Sequence record: OP589283.1
Strand: one strand, 5' to 3'
Length of the DNA: 64,000 bases
Positions 8,733-18,526 of this stretch are shown here, in pieces. The notes under the pieces are model-generated. The model did not search any database. It saw only the letters and a list, made by a program, of their open reading frames with translations, and was not told where the DNA came from. The stretch's first letter is position 1; every line of letters begins with the position of its first letter. The position numbers and the translations under genes are program-made.

Positions 8733-9662
8733 ATGACCAATAAAAGAAAACGCGCGACAGTGGCTGCACCTACTAATCCGCTGCCGACCAACGAATTCGG
8801 AGAGATAATCTTGGAAGATAACAATATCGAACTTTCTAAAGTTCCTACCACTGAAGTTGACGTTGCTGAATTAAAAGATGCAACTGAAGATGCTTCTTCT
8901 GATACACCTGAAACTTCTGTTGAAGAAACCAGCGAAGAACTCACCGGTGACGCATCAGAAACTAATGAGGAAGATGAACCAAAACTTCCTGGTGATTCTG
9001 AAGAAACCCCTTCATCAAACGATGCACTTGATCTTTCTGGTGACGCCCCATTAAATCTTACCCCAACCAGCGTTACACCTGATGAACCTGCCGGTGTAAT
9101 CAAAATGGCTATTTTTGATGGTCAAGTTACCGCGTTAAAGGTAACAAGCGACGAAGATAAAATTATCGAACGCTTAAAGGGTAAAGCAGTTACTATCGCC
9201 AATTACGAAGATGATGAAGGCGCGGTAAATCCAATCGTCGAAGTTATCACCGGTCGTATTCAAAAACATTTCGGATTTATTTTGGGTACAGCCAGCTTCC
9301 GCGATGAGAAACACAAACTCGAACAAGTGGTTAGTTTCGGCCAACAAATGATTCGCTTAACTCAGTTAGAAGAAAATTGTTTCTTTAAAGTGATGGATTA
9401 CATCATGACTGAAATGCGTAATCGTGGTGAAAAATTAAGTCCAACCCAAATGTTCCGCTTTAACTTGGTAGCCGCCAAAGACTTTAGCACCGACATGAAT
9501 CGTTACAATGATTTCATGAACGTGTGTTATAAGTTTGCACGTAACTATGCCGATCGCAGCAAGTTAATTAGTCAAATCGACTTTAACAAAGTTTGTGCGG
9601 GTCGTACTGTAAAAGAAGCTGAATTACTGAAGACGTATTTCCGTAAGTTAGCGAACAGTTAA
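8733..9662 (+). CDS. Hypothetical protein with acidic disordered N-terminal half (309 aa)
   Basis: GAGGA RBS; about 120 aa rich in E/D/T/S/P followed by a helical domain. Confidence 0.85.
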   Translation: MTNKRKRATVAAPTNPLPTNEFGEIILEDNNIELSKVPTTEVDVAELKDATEDASSDTPETSVEETSEELTGDASETNEEDEPKLPGDSEETPSSNDALDLSGDAPLNLTPTSVTPDEPAGVIKMAIFDGQVTALKVTSDEDKIIERLKGKAVTIANYEDDEGAVNPIVEVITGRIQKHFGFILGTASFRDEKHKLEQVVSFGQQMIRLTQLEENCFFKVMDYIMTEMRNRGEKLSPTQMFRFNLVAAKDFSTDMNRYNDFMNVCYKFARNYADRSKLISQIDFNKVCAGRTVKEAELLKTYFRKLANS

Positions 9663-9681
9663 TACTGTTATCGTTTATACC

Positions 9682-9716
9682 CCTTACTCCGGAACCTTTT
9701 GGGTTCCGGAGTAAGG
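9682..9716. terminator. Bidirectional terminator
   Basis: 15-bp stem CCTTACTCCGGAACC / GGTTCCGGAGTAAGG between convergent genes. Confidence 0.85.
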
Positions 9717-9724
9717 TATGTATA

Positions 9725-11482
9725 TTAAGCAGTTAATTTTTTAAGTTCAGTTTCCATTCCTAGTTCTATTAGCTTGGCTTCAAACACTTCTTTAACATCT
9801 TCTGTTAAAGGGAATCCAAACAACGCGTTACACAATCCAATAGCGTTAGCTTTAGGACTACATGCATAGTTAATACTAATCTCTCGTTGTTCTTCTTCGT
9901 TCTTACCTTGCATCTTACACACTTCCATTTGTGTTGTTTTATTGGCACAGTTTAATGCAACAGTTTCACTTGGATAGGCTCCTTCCACGTCAATGTCATC
10001 TGTAATACCCCGTGCTCTACTGTATAAATCCCATAGTCCTTCAAACACTTGCTTACCTTTACTTAAAGCACATTGTTCAGTAAAGAGTAATGCAATCCAG
10101 TTACCTAATGAAGGAAGTTCTTTCTTAAAGGTCTCATCTTTCTGATTAGGAGTGCAACCCCAAACATAGTTGTTTTCTAATGCAATAAAAGAAAGTGTGT
10201 CACTGATTAAGTTAGGCTGGCTAGGGAAGTTGAAATACTCAGAATACTTTAACAACATGCTTAACGATAAACCCATGTCGTCAGTCTTTTCATCAATTTC
10301 TTCAATACAGATGTTGTCTTTAATACAGTACATGCAATACTGATATTTAAAGTTTTTCTGCATATCTTTATGCCATTCCAAACTACCCGGTTTAAATCGA
10401 CTGGTTTCTTCACCTTGAAAGTATAACTTACCGTCAACCTTCTCACGTTCTGTTACTGCTTGTAACGCATAACTATCCAGTTTACCTTTAGCGGTACGTT
10501 TAATTGCATACAAACTTCCTGTATCTAACCAACACCAACCAGCCAACGTTCTTACTGTAGGAAAACGTTCCTGCCATTCCAAAGGTGTTTTGCTACCATC
10601 TTCTTTAATCTTGTGTGGTCTGCCGGGATGGAAAATATATTTACGATATTCAGGAGGGACACTTGGGTCAGTATACACATCTTTAGGTTGACGACCTCCA
10701 GCAAATAATGCTGCCTCGTTCTTCTCCATATCGAACTTAGCGTTCCAGCTACCTATCCAATCTGGTGACCATTTATGCCAGCGAGATACGTTTTCTACCA
10801 CCACGTCACAAGGTGTGTCAACTAGAAGGTATTCTGGATTAATGATACCACGACGTTTATACACATCCGCCATGTATTTTTGTTCTGCTTCTTTTAAGTT
10901 AGCAAGAATTGTTTTATCGTCATCACCTCCAAACCAACTACGACAAATAACCAAAACAACTTTATCTTTCATGGTTGTGGCTGCCATGATGATTTCTTCT
11001 TCTTTTGACCACATGTTTGTTTCAACGTCGTATGATGCAACCGTGTATCTTTCTTTTTCTTGGTACTCCGGATATTTGACGTGAAATTTGTGTTTGAACA
11101 CAACAGGAATGGATTGCTCACAACCAAAGACATAAGGACTGTTTTTAGCCATGACTAAATCTAAATTACGGTCTGGGAACCCATAAAGTACTTTACTGAT
11201 ATTCAATGGAAGTCTAGCACGAGTACTTCTGAATTTATCACATTTGTTTGCTTCAATGTAATCTTTATGTTGATTAAACTTACGATGTTTTTCTTTTACG
11301 ATATAAAAATCTTGTTTATAATCTTCAATCGCAATTAAAAGGTTATTACGCGTTCCATCAGCCATGATCTCGGTTATCTTGGCTGTTAGTATGTCCTTAA
11401 ATTTATCTCTCGAACTGGTGTTATAGGCAGCGTGTTTACACACCCTAGCAATAACAGGATTGGATGAATCAGAAGTACTCAT
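9725..11482 (-). CDS. Split family-B DNA polymerase, N-terminal part: 3'-5' exonuclease + motif A (phiKZ gp82-like)
   Basis: ExoI YDVET, ExoII SWNAKFD, ExoIII YCIKD, motif A DDIDVEGAYPS; no motif B or C; GAGG RBS supports start 11482. Confidence 0.85.
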   Translation of the reverse strand: MSTSDSSNPVIARVCKHAAYNTSSRDKFKDILTAKITEIMADGTRNNLLIAIEDYKQDFYIVKEKHRKFNQHKDYIEANKCDKFRSTRARLPLNISKVLYGFPDRNLDLVMAKNSPYVFGCEQSIPVVFKHKFHVKYPEYQEKERYTVASYDVETNMWSKEEEIIMAATTMKDKVVLVICRSWFGGDDDKTILANLKEAEQKYMADVYKRRGIINPEYLLVDTPCDVVVENVSRWHKWSPDWIGSWNAKFDMEKNEAALFAGGRQPKDVYTDPSVPPEYRKYIFHPGRPHKIKEDGSKTPLEWQERFPTVRTLAGWCWLDTGSLYAIKRTAKGKLDSYALQAVTEREKVDGKLYFQGEETSRFKPGSLEWHKDMQKNFKYQYCMYCIKDNICIEEIDEKTDDMGLSLSMLLKYSEYFNFPSQPNLISDTLSFIALENNYVWGCTPNQKDETFKKELPSLGNWIALLFTEQCALSKGKQVFEGLWDLYSRARGITDDIDVEGAYPSETVALNCANKTTQMEVCKMQGKNEEEQREISINYACSPKANAIGLCNALFGFPLTEDVKEVFEAKLIELGMETELKKLTA

Positions 11483-11565
11483 TAACAACCTCTCAATTTT
11501 ATGCAAATTTGTACAGTAAACCTTATTAAATTAAGGCTCTTGTTTATTTTAACTCCGGAGTTATC

Positions 11566-12918
11566 ATGATAGATATTAATTTTTTAAATGGAGGGGAAAT
11601 CGCCGGCCTCGAATACCTCCGTTTCCAGAAAGATAGAGGATTCTATCTTGAGCTTACGGAGGTTATAGAAAGTAACCTCGATCAGGCAACGTTATCAAAA
11701 ACCGCACAAAAAGAAATTGAACGCGTTATCAGTAAATACTCCGGTTTCGAACAACTCACAGTAAACCTCGAACCAAATTGTTTCAACGCTTACGCCCACG
11801 GAAGTGCTTTCTTTTCCCCTACTCATGTGTTGCGTAACAAAGGTCTTGAAACATTTCTTTCTGTCAAAGAAACTGTCGCCTTTAAGGCACTGAAACAATT
11901 AGATAAAACAGTGTTGAGTGGTTGGGTGGATTACGACACAGGTAAAGTGTGTGGTGACTTCACAAAGATTAAATGTGAAATTACCATCGACACTCATCTT
12001 GACAATATGTTACCTGTTCCACCTAAGGGATTAACATTTGCTCAAGCCTATGCATTAATTTTTATGCATGAAGTTGGACATTTCTTTAATAACTGTGCGA
12101 CAATCGCCGATGTCGCTGGTGATGATTATGTCAGTAAAATGGCTGTAGCGTGTATTGCAAGCGAATCTGACCCTATTAAGAAAACGGCTATTTTGTCTCA
12201 CGCCGGTAAATTGCTAGAGGTAAGTGTCACTTCAAAAGAAATTGAAGAAGCGCTATCAGTTAATGACAACATTGCTATTGACATGTTGTTAGCAACTAAA
12301 ACAGTGGAACGTGATAATAAACGTGCATTGAGTTTAGGCGTGACTAATATTTCTTCGGAAGTACTGGCAGATGCTTATGCCATTCGAATGGGTGGCGGTA
12401 TTGATGTCGCTAAAATGGTGGATACGTTCCGTCGTTTTAACTCTTCTTGTAACCGTGTCAATGCCGTGGGTGAAACTGCAATTGCGTTGATACTTGGTTT
12501 CTTAATGGCAAACAATGTAGTCATTCCGGGATTGTTCTTTTTTAACTGTATGAAAGTCGTTCGTTTTATGGTTAACTTTAGTAAGAACAACGTGACGATT
12601 GAGTACAACACGCCAGAACGACGCGTAACTGACGCGATTAAACAAATCATCAGTTTGATTCGCGAGGATAAGTACCTCAGTACCAAAGATAAAACTGAAG
12701 CTATCAGAGTAATTGATGAACTAAGAAAAGTCCCGTTTGCGGATTTCTTATTTGATCCCACCTCAATCAGCCCGTTCAGAACATTAATTAATCGTACATT
12801 GGGTAATATTCTGACAGGCGGTAAATGGTCTAAATCAGAATATGCACACTTCACGTCTAGCATTGCTAACAATGAAGTTAACCTCCTAGAGCATAAATTT
12901 AATGCTTTGTTAAGTTAA
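11566..12918 (+). CDS. Virion head protein with intact zincin motif (gp84-like)
   Basis: HEVGH plus downstream EVLADAYA; hydrophobic segment AIALILGFLMANNVVIPGLFFF; family gene order. Confidence 0.75.
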   Translation: MIDINFLNGGEIAGLEYLRFQKDRGFYLELTEVIESNLDQATLSKTAQKEIERVISKYSGFEQLTVNLEPNCFNAYAHGSAFFSPTHVLRNKGLETFLSVKETVAFKALKQLDKTVLSGWVDYDTGKVCGDFTKIKCEITIDTHLDNMLPVPPKGLTFAQAYALIFMHEVGHFFNNCATIADVAGDDYVSKMAVACIASESDPIKKTAILSHAGKLLEVSVTSKEIEEALSVNDNIAIDMLLATKTVERDNKRALSLGVTNISSEVLADAYAIRMGGGIDVAKMVDTFRRFNSSCNRVNAVGETAIALILGFLMANNVVIPGLFFFNCMKVVRFMVNFSKNNVTIEYNTPERRVTDAIKQIISLIREDKYLSTKDKTEAIRVIDELRKVPFADFLFDPTSISPFRTLINRTLGNILTGGKWSKSEYAHFTSSIANNEVNLLEHKFNALLS

Positions 12919-12927
12919 GGAAATATC

Positions 12928-13347
12928 ATGGATTTTCAAAAAAGTTTACCCAAAGTTACTGCGTTTGTTGCAGCACTTAATGAAGCCGGTATCACTTCTG
13001 CTGCCGATATTAACAAATATCTTTCTTTGGTTGTGGGGCAGGCAGTTGCAGCAGACCATGTGAATAAGAACGCCTCACTTGTTTTTGATGACCAAGCTAA
13101 AAACCGTATGTCTAATCAAGCTTGGCGGTTTAACAATTTCTTTTCTATCAACTACGATTTAGCAATTGCCAAAGCACGGGATGTCATCAACACCGCTTAT
13201 AACGAAATCACATCAAAAGGTTATACAACCTGCACCGATGTTAAAATTCCGTTGGGCGAATCAGAAGTTTCACTTTTTGATATTCCCGAAGCGCACGCAC
13301 TGTTTGTTGAGTTGGTCAACCGCTTCTCAGAAAGAGAGGATTTTTAA
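12928..13347 (+). CDS. Small virion protein (gp85-like)
   Basis: AAGGA RBS, 139 aa, position in operon. Confidence 0.75.
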   Translation: MDFQKSLPKVTAFVAALNEAGITSAADINKYLSLVVGQAVAADHVNKNASLVFDDQAKNRMSNQAWRFNNFFSINYDLAIAKARDVINTAYNEITSKGYTTCTDVKIPLGESEVSLFDIPEAHALFVELVNRFSEREDF

Positions 13348-13349
13348 TT

Positions 13350-14864
13350 ATGAATCCGGATATTAAGTTGAAAGATTATTTGCAACTTGGTAACCACGAA
13401 TCAAAGAACACGTTTATTGGAGATGAAGATGGCGACGAAGTAGAAGCCATCTCATTGAACGAGTTTAATGATGAGTCTAAACCAGGCAGCGGGACAGACC
13501 GTGTTATCACAGGTATTGAAGAATTTCGTGCACGAGTGTTATCTCGTCAAACTGCACAGTTCTTTAATTTGAAAAATGCGGAAGGTTACGCTAAAAAAGC
13601 AACCGAAATGAACTTTGTTATGGGTAACGAAGGTTTCATTTCTTCAATGATGGAAGGAATTAAGTCTATCATTGAAAAGATTGTTAAATTCATTATGGGT
13701 GGAGTTAACTGGTTAATCGAAGCAGGTAAATCATTGCTGGGATTATCCGCTAACGCAGAACGTAAAGAAAAGCAGGCTAAAGATACTATTCATGCTTATA
13801 AAGACATGGAAAACTATTTACGCAGCAAAGGATTCCCAGAATCTGTTCTTAGCTTAGAAAACTGCGTTAAGCATCTTTCTCCTGATTACAAAAAAGCATT
13901 TGAATTGATTCAATGTGACCAAATAGCAGCTAAAGGTCATTTTGATAATTTGTTTGCCACTTCAAGTGCTTTAAATGTGCTACAAAAGGATTTGTCTAAG
14001 CACAGTATTTTTGTAGCGAAAACGCAAACCAAAATCAAAGAACGCATTGAGTCACTTTACGACGATCTTGTAAAAGATAAAGGTGATGCTACCAGTCATC
14101 GTTACCTTGATTTGGCAGCAAGTATCAATGAAGCTATTACGGAATTAAACTTCACTCAGTTTGAATCGCGTTTGACAGCTATTATTGATAGACACTACAA
14201 AAAAGTAGGGGATAAAGTCAATGAAATTCAAAACCCCGAATTTGCGGCCACTGTGAACAGAATGCGTTTGTATGTTAATTCCATTAAGGAAAAAATGAAT
14301 CGAGCGCGTCCAGACCAATTAATCGAAGGTGCATTAGTTGAAATGGATAAACTCGCTGCTGTTCGCGGTAATCCAAGTCGTCAAATCATCCCGGCCCAGA
14401 CATTCATAGACTACAGAAAGTTTAATAATGTCGCCAGTGCCAAACTTCAATACATTGAAACTTCATTCTTTGAAAAAAGTTCTTACTTAACCCATCAGTT
14501 TGTAGCATACTTGGCTGAAACAGCTAAATACGTTACACTATCGGGTGAGATTAACTTATTGATTAAACAGTGTATTAACGAGCAGTTGGTTTACTTTAAT
14601 TTCTTTACTCGTTTGAGTTACGATATGACTATTTTCTTTGAAAAGGGAATGGAAGCCTTTGTTACTCATCTTACTGCGATTAACAGCAATCTTGCTGAAA
14701 AAGATCGTTTTGTAAGTATGGGTAAGAAAATTTTCGAATCAGATGAAGTTGCGGATAGCTGGACTAGCCAAATTAACCAAACACTTGAAACGTTACACAA
14801 GAACGGGGATTTACTCAACGTTCAAAGTCGTATCAAAGCGTTTAAACTTCAAATGGGAGGTTAA
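13350..14864 (+). CDS. Processed head/ejection protein (gp86-like)
   Basis: Acidic propeptide with GDE, GIE and GNE(92-94), then amphipathic GFISSMMEGIKSIIEKIVKF. Confidence 0.8.
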   Translation: MNPDIKLKDYLQLGNHESKNTFIGDEDGDEVEAISLNEFNDESKPGSGTDRVITGIEEFRARVLSRQTAQFFNLKNAEGYAKKATEMNFVMGNEGFISSMMEGIKSIIEKIVKFIMGGVNWLIEAGKSLLGLSANAERKEKQAKDTIHAYKDMENYLRSKGFPESVLSLENCVKHLSPDYKKAFELIQCDQIAAKGHFDNLFATSSALNVLQKDLSKHSIFVAKTQTKIKERIESLYDDLVKDKGDATSHRYLDLAASINEAITELNFTQFESRLTAIIDRHYKKVGDKVNEIQNPEFAATVNRMRLYVNSIKEKMNRARPDQLIEGALVEMDKLAAVRGNPSRQIIPAQTFIDYRKFNNVASAKLQYIETSFFEKSSYLTHQFVAYLAETAKYVTLSGEINLLIKQCINEQLVYFNFFTRLSYDMTIFFEKGMEAFVTHLTAINSNLAEKDRFVSMGKKIFESDEVADSWTSQINQTLETLHKNGDLLNVQSRIKAFKLQMGG

Positions 14865-14865
14865 G

Positions 14866-15534
14866 ATGGACAAGAAGGAATTTCTTGAAACATTCGAATT
14901 GTTACTCCAAAATATCGTTGAGGTATTACAGTGGGTGACCAACATTGATTCGTCAGAATGCATCTCTGTGGGATTTTTACTGGAGACAGTAAAACAACAA
15001 AATGAAGAAGCATTCTACATTGCAAGAGAAAAATCAACGTTGTATGATTCTTCTCTTAACGCCAGTCTCTTACGTAAATTAACCCTTCTTCATCCCAATT
15101 CAGCGTTGGTGAAAGCTGAAGCAAATATGCGTAATGCTGTCCAACCTCTCTTTATTGCAGAGATGACGGAATTAGCTAAAGCGGCGGATGAAAGCGGCGA
15201 ACCTGAATTGCGTGAACAATTCATGATGTTTATTGCGCGTATTACTGGACTGTATGAAAAAGAAATCAGTTCAGGTGATTACATGACTAAACCGTCAGAA
15301 TGGTTCTATCGCCAGATTGAAGTGTTACACCAACACACAGTGAATCCCGAAGAACGTTGTTTGAAAAGAAAATATTTCTCTTTGAGAAATTTAATTCAGA
15401 CCACATTCCTGTTGATGGAATTTAATCAACGCCGAGATTCTTCTGAAGGTGAAAAATTCAATTTCGCTATGAATGATTGGTTCAATAAGTTTGGCGCTCA
15501 TGTTGAAAAAGAACATGGCATATCTTTACGTTAA
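14866..15534 (+). CDS. Hypothetical protein (~222 aa)
   Basis: GGGAGG RBS before ATG 14866; track start 14743 lies inside the upstream gene. Confidence 0.8.
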   Translation: MDKKEFLETFELLLQNIVEVLQWVTNIDSSECISVGFLLETVKQQNEEAFYIAREKSTLYDSSLNASLLRKLTLLHPNSALVKAEANMRNAVQPLFIAEMTELAKAADESGEPELREQFMMFIARITGLYEKEISSGDYMTKPSEWFYRQIEVLHQHTVNPEERCLKRKYFSLRNLIQTTFLLMEFNQRRDSSEGEKFNFAMNDWFNKFGAHVEKEHGISLR

Positions 15535-15546
15535 ACGTTAATAATA

Positions 15547-15582
15547 CCCTAACCCACTCCCAATTAAGGGAGTGGGTTAGGG
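15547..15582. terminator. Bidirectional terminator
   Basis: 15-bp stem CCCTAACCCACTCCC-aattaa-GGGAGTGGGTTAGGG. Confidence 0.85.
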
Positions 15583-15592
15583 ATTATATTTG

Positions 15593-18511
15593 TTACAGAT
15601 TTACATTGTGTCGTAAGAAGTTTACTTCAATGCTTTCTTTGATGGTTAACAGACCGTCTGTTCGAGATTCCAATCCTTTACGGATACTGAATCCTGACAA
15701 GTCATCACGTGTACTGATAATGTCAATCTTAACACCACCCGACATTGCTTCTACTTTAATTGCTTCAATATCAGGATTATTGCCACTATCAAGTGCTTTT
15801 GATAACACACTCACACTTAATGTTCGGCTGTTGATTAATAATTGGTTAACAGTCTTAGCGGTTGTCTTAGCTAAGTTTTCTTTTAACACAACGTTATTCA
15901 TACCGTCGTCTGTTAAGTAATAAGTAATGTTAAATGTGATGTCCGATTTCAATGACGTTTCGATGTCATTGTTTATAATAACAGGACAGTAACCAATCTT
16001 ACTCTTAGGTTGATAACGAATGCCCGTTTGGTCTAATGACTTCTTGTTAAACATGGTCAGGTCTTTATCAATCACATTGACAAAGTAATCTTTTGTTTCA
16101 TTAGCAAAGACACTGTCGTAGCTATCATTACTGAAATAAAACGCGCCATCAAAACCAATGAAATCAAAATGATACTGAAGTTCTTTAGGACCTAAGAAAA
16201 TCAACTCACCATCATCATTACGAACGTAATCACCCTTTGCATGCTGCAAGATAGGAAGGGAAGGGTTTATTTCAGAATAACGAATATCTCCTGCTAAATG
16301 TAAAATAACGGGCAATCCATCATCTCCAAATACCATCTCTCCATTTTCGTACAACAATTCATTGACTGGATACGTAGCAGGAACATCCGCTTCATACACC
16401 GCATACTGTGTGCCACCAGATAACGGTCTAATACGACTGTACATCGTTTTTAACCGACGTCCAAAACTTACTTTGTATCGGCTTTCTGTAATACCAATCA
16501 TCGGTTTATCAAAAATAGATTGGTCTACGTTAGCGTCTGTTTTAGTACGAGTACGGTCGTTGAGTTCACCCGCTTTAGTAAAGATGACATATAAAGGTGT
16601 TTCTAATGTCACCCCAACACGTTCACGAGGATTACCGTATTGATAGAGATTGGTAAAGTATAGAACATCGTTACCATCAATATCAAGGTTAGTAGAAAGC
16701 TTAGCTTCCCAATAACGTTCCCCGTCATCTGCTATAGCCTTTAACTCAGCTTTAACACTGGCTAATTCAACCCCGCTGATACTAGGTAAACTGACTTGTA
16801 AACCGATGTCGTCGTTTAACAGTTCTTTGTAACCTTTACCACTTTTGGTTTTCATTTCCAAGAAGTAATCACCATCACGTTTAGTGATGTTCATGTATTC
16901 CAAACCCACTTCTAAACCAAGTGAGGTGTTTTCACTTAAGAAGGTTTGAGAAATGATTTTTGGATTATCCATGTGATATGTGGTCAACCCTACCTGGTTC
17001 CCACTGGTATCAAACACGTAATAAAAGGGTGTGTAAACCAATGTTTTGTTTTCGATAAGCTTGACTTTTTCTTCAGAGGTGTAATTCAAATACTGTTCTT
17101 GTAATGATTTACCCACTAAATAAGTCATGCTTTCCGAAACATCAAACAACACATTGCTTGGTAATGTAACACGGTCACCATTATTGTAAACCAATCCACT
17201 TAGAATCAAATCACTTACGCTGGTGAGACAGCTCCCTACAAATGTCCCCATAGTACAGAAAAGACCTTTGGAATTTTGCAGTGGAAGTTCTTTAGTCACC
17301 GAGTAACGACGACCTGTCACAAAGTCAACTGATTTAACAACACCGTAACCGTACTTAGATAAGTCACCCGTCAGTTGGTTGTCTGACACTGGTAATACTC
17401 TGGCGTAACGACCTTGGATAACCCCTTCTTTCATTTCATCAAATGAAACAGGATTAGTACCACCACTTAATACTTCGGTGAGTCGCCAAGCTATACCACC
17501 TGCGTTCTTTAATCCAGCACTAAACGGACTTAATTTATTTGAGCCGTAAAGGTAATCAAAGTAGTTAACACGATAACTTTTAAGTTCCGTGTTGGTTAAA
17601 TCTTTTTCAACATTACCTAGTGTGGTATAAGTGTAAATGTCGAGTGTACCTACCCCCATACCGTTACCGATGTATACATCAGGAATGTTGTAACTGATGA
17701 GTTTATTGACCGTATCGATTGAAAGTGTTAACGTCAATGTGGTTGGATCAAACACATCTTCATCATACGTAACCAAAATTTCTTTCTTGACATTCCCTCG
17801 AGTAAAAAACGCTCTTACACCGTAAAGGTGGTTAGTGTAGTTATAACTACCCGAACAACCACTACCAATTGTACTGGTTAAGTTTTCCTTAACTAAACAA
17901 CTTAATTGTCTAATCGGAATTTTAATTTTGGTGTATTCAGTTGAATTGGTGAAACCGGTTTCTTTCTCAAGAATGTTGGTTTCAATTTCTTTGAATGGGC
18001 TAATGGCAGAACTGTCGTAAACTGCTTGAATACCCGTGCGGCTACTGTAACGAATCTCAACGCCGTTCTCTAAGCAAAATTCATAACCCAATACGTTGAT
18101 TAATGTATCTTTAGGTATCAGTAATTTACTGTAGTTGCTAACAGTGCTTCCTTGCTCGTAAACAGGCACTACTAACTTTTTCAATACGTTAGTTTGAATA
18201 ATGAAGTCAATGGTGGTTTCAGCAGGCGTAGCAAAAATACCTACTCGCTCATTGTCAGCCATATTTTTGCTAAGTTCACTTAATGAACGAGCGTGTTTTG
18301 CAAAAGAGTTACTGACCGCATCTTGCAGTTCATTGATGTAACCGTGAGTAGTTCCGACAATTAAATCCATACAAAAAACAGCAGGGTGAGTTAAACTATT
18401 GATTTTAATCTCACCATTAAACCAACTGTTTTCAATCTCGTCTATCACCGCACTCATGCCACGAGTTGGGTTGTTAGCGAGACGTAATAAATCATTTTGG
18501 CTAATAGTCAT
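15593..18511 (-). CDS. Large virion/baseplate protein (gp87-like; baseplate wedge-type)
   Basis: 972 aa, AGGGA RBS; size, orientation and position match the family; fold assignment is recall. Confidence 0.75.
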   Translation of the reverse strand: MTISQNDLLRLANNPTRGMSAVIDEIENSWFNGEIKINSLTHPAVFCMDLIVGTTHGYINELQDAVSNSFAKHARSLSELSKNMADNERVGIFATPAETTIDFIIQTNVLKKLVVPVYEQGSTVSNYSKLLIPKDTLINVLGYEFCLENGVEIRYSSRTGIQAVYDSSAISPFKEIETNILEKETGFTNSTEYTKIKIPIRQLSCLVKENLTSTIGSGCSGSYNYTNHLYGVRAFFTRGNVKKEILVTYDEDVFDPTTLTLTLSIDTVNKLISYNIPDVYIGNGMGVGTLDIYTYTTLGNVEKDLTNTELKSYRVNYFDYLYGSNKLSPFSAGLKNAGGIAWRLTEVLSGGTNPVSFDEMKEGVIQGRYARVLPVSDNQLTGDLSKYGYGVVKSVDFVTGRRYSVTKELPLQNSKGLFCTMGTFVGSCLTSVSDLILSGLVYNNGDRVTLPSNVLFDVSESMTYLVGKSLQEQYLNYTSEEKVKLIENKTLVYTPFYYVFDTSGNQVGLTTYHMDNPKIISQTFLSENTSLGLEVGLEYMNITKRDGDYFLEMKTKSGKGYKELLNDDIGLQVSLPSISGVELASVKAELKAIADDGERYWEAKLSTNLDIDGNDVLYFTNLYQYGNPRERVGVTLETPLYVIFTKAGELNDRTRTKTDANVDQSIFDKPMIGITESRYKVSFGRRLKTMYSRIRPLSGGTQYAVYEADVPATYPVNELLYENGEMVFGDDGLPVILHLAGDIRYSEINPSLPILQHAKGDYVRNDDGELIFLGPKELQYHFDFIGFDGAFYFSNDSYDSVFANETKDYFVNVIDKDLTMFNKKSLDQTGIRYQPKSKIGYCPVIINNDIETSLKSDITFNITYYLTDDGMNNVVLKENLAKTTAKTVNQLLINSRTLSVSVLSKALDSGNNPDIEAIKVEAMSGGVKIDIISTRDDLSGFSIRKGLESRTDGLLTIKESIEVNFLRHNVNL

Positions 18512-18526
18512 GTTGCATTCCCTAAA

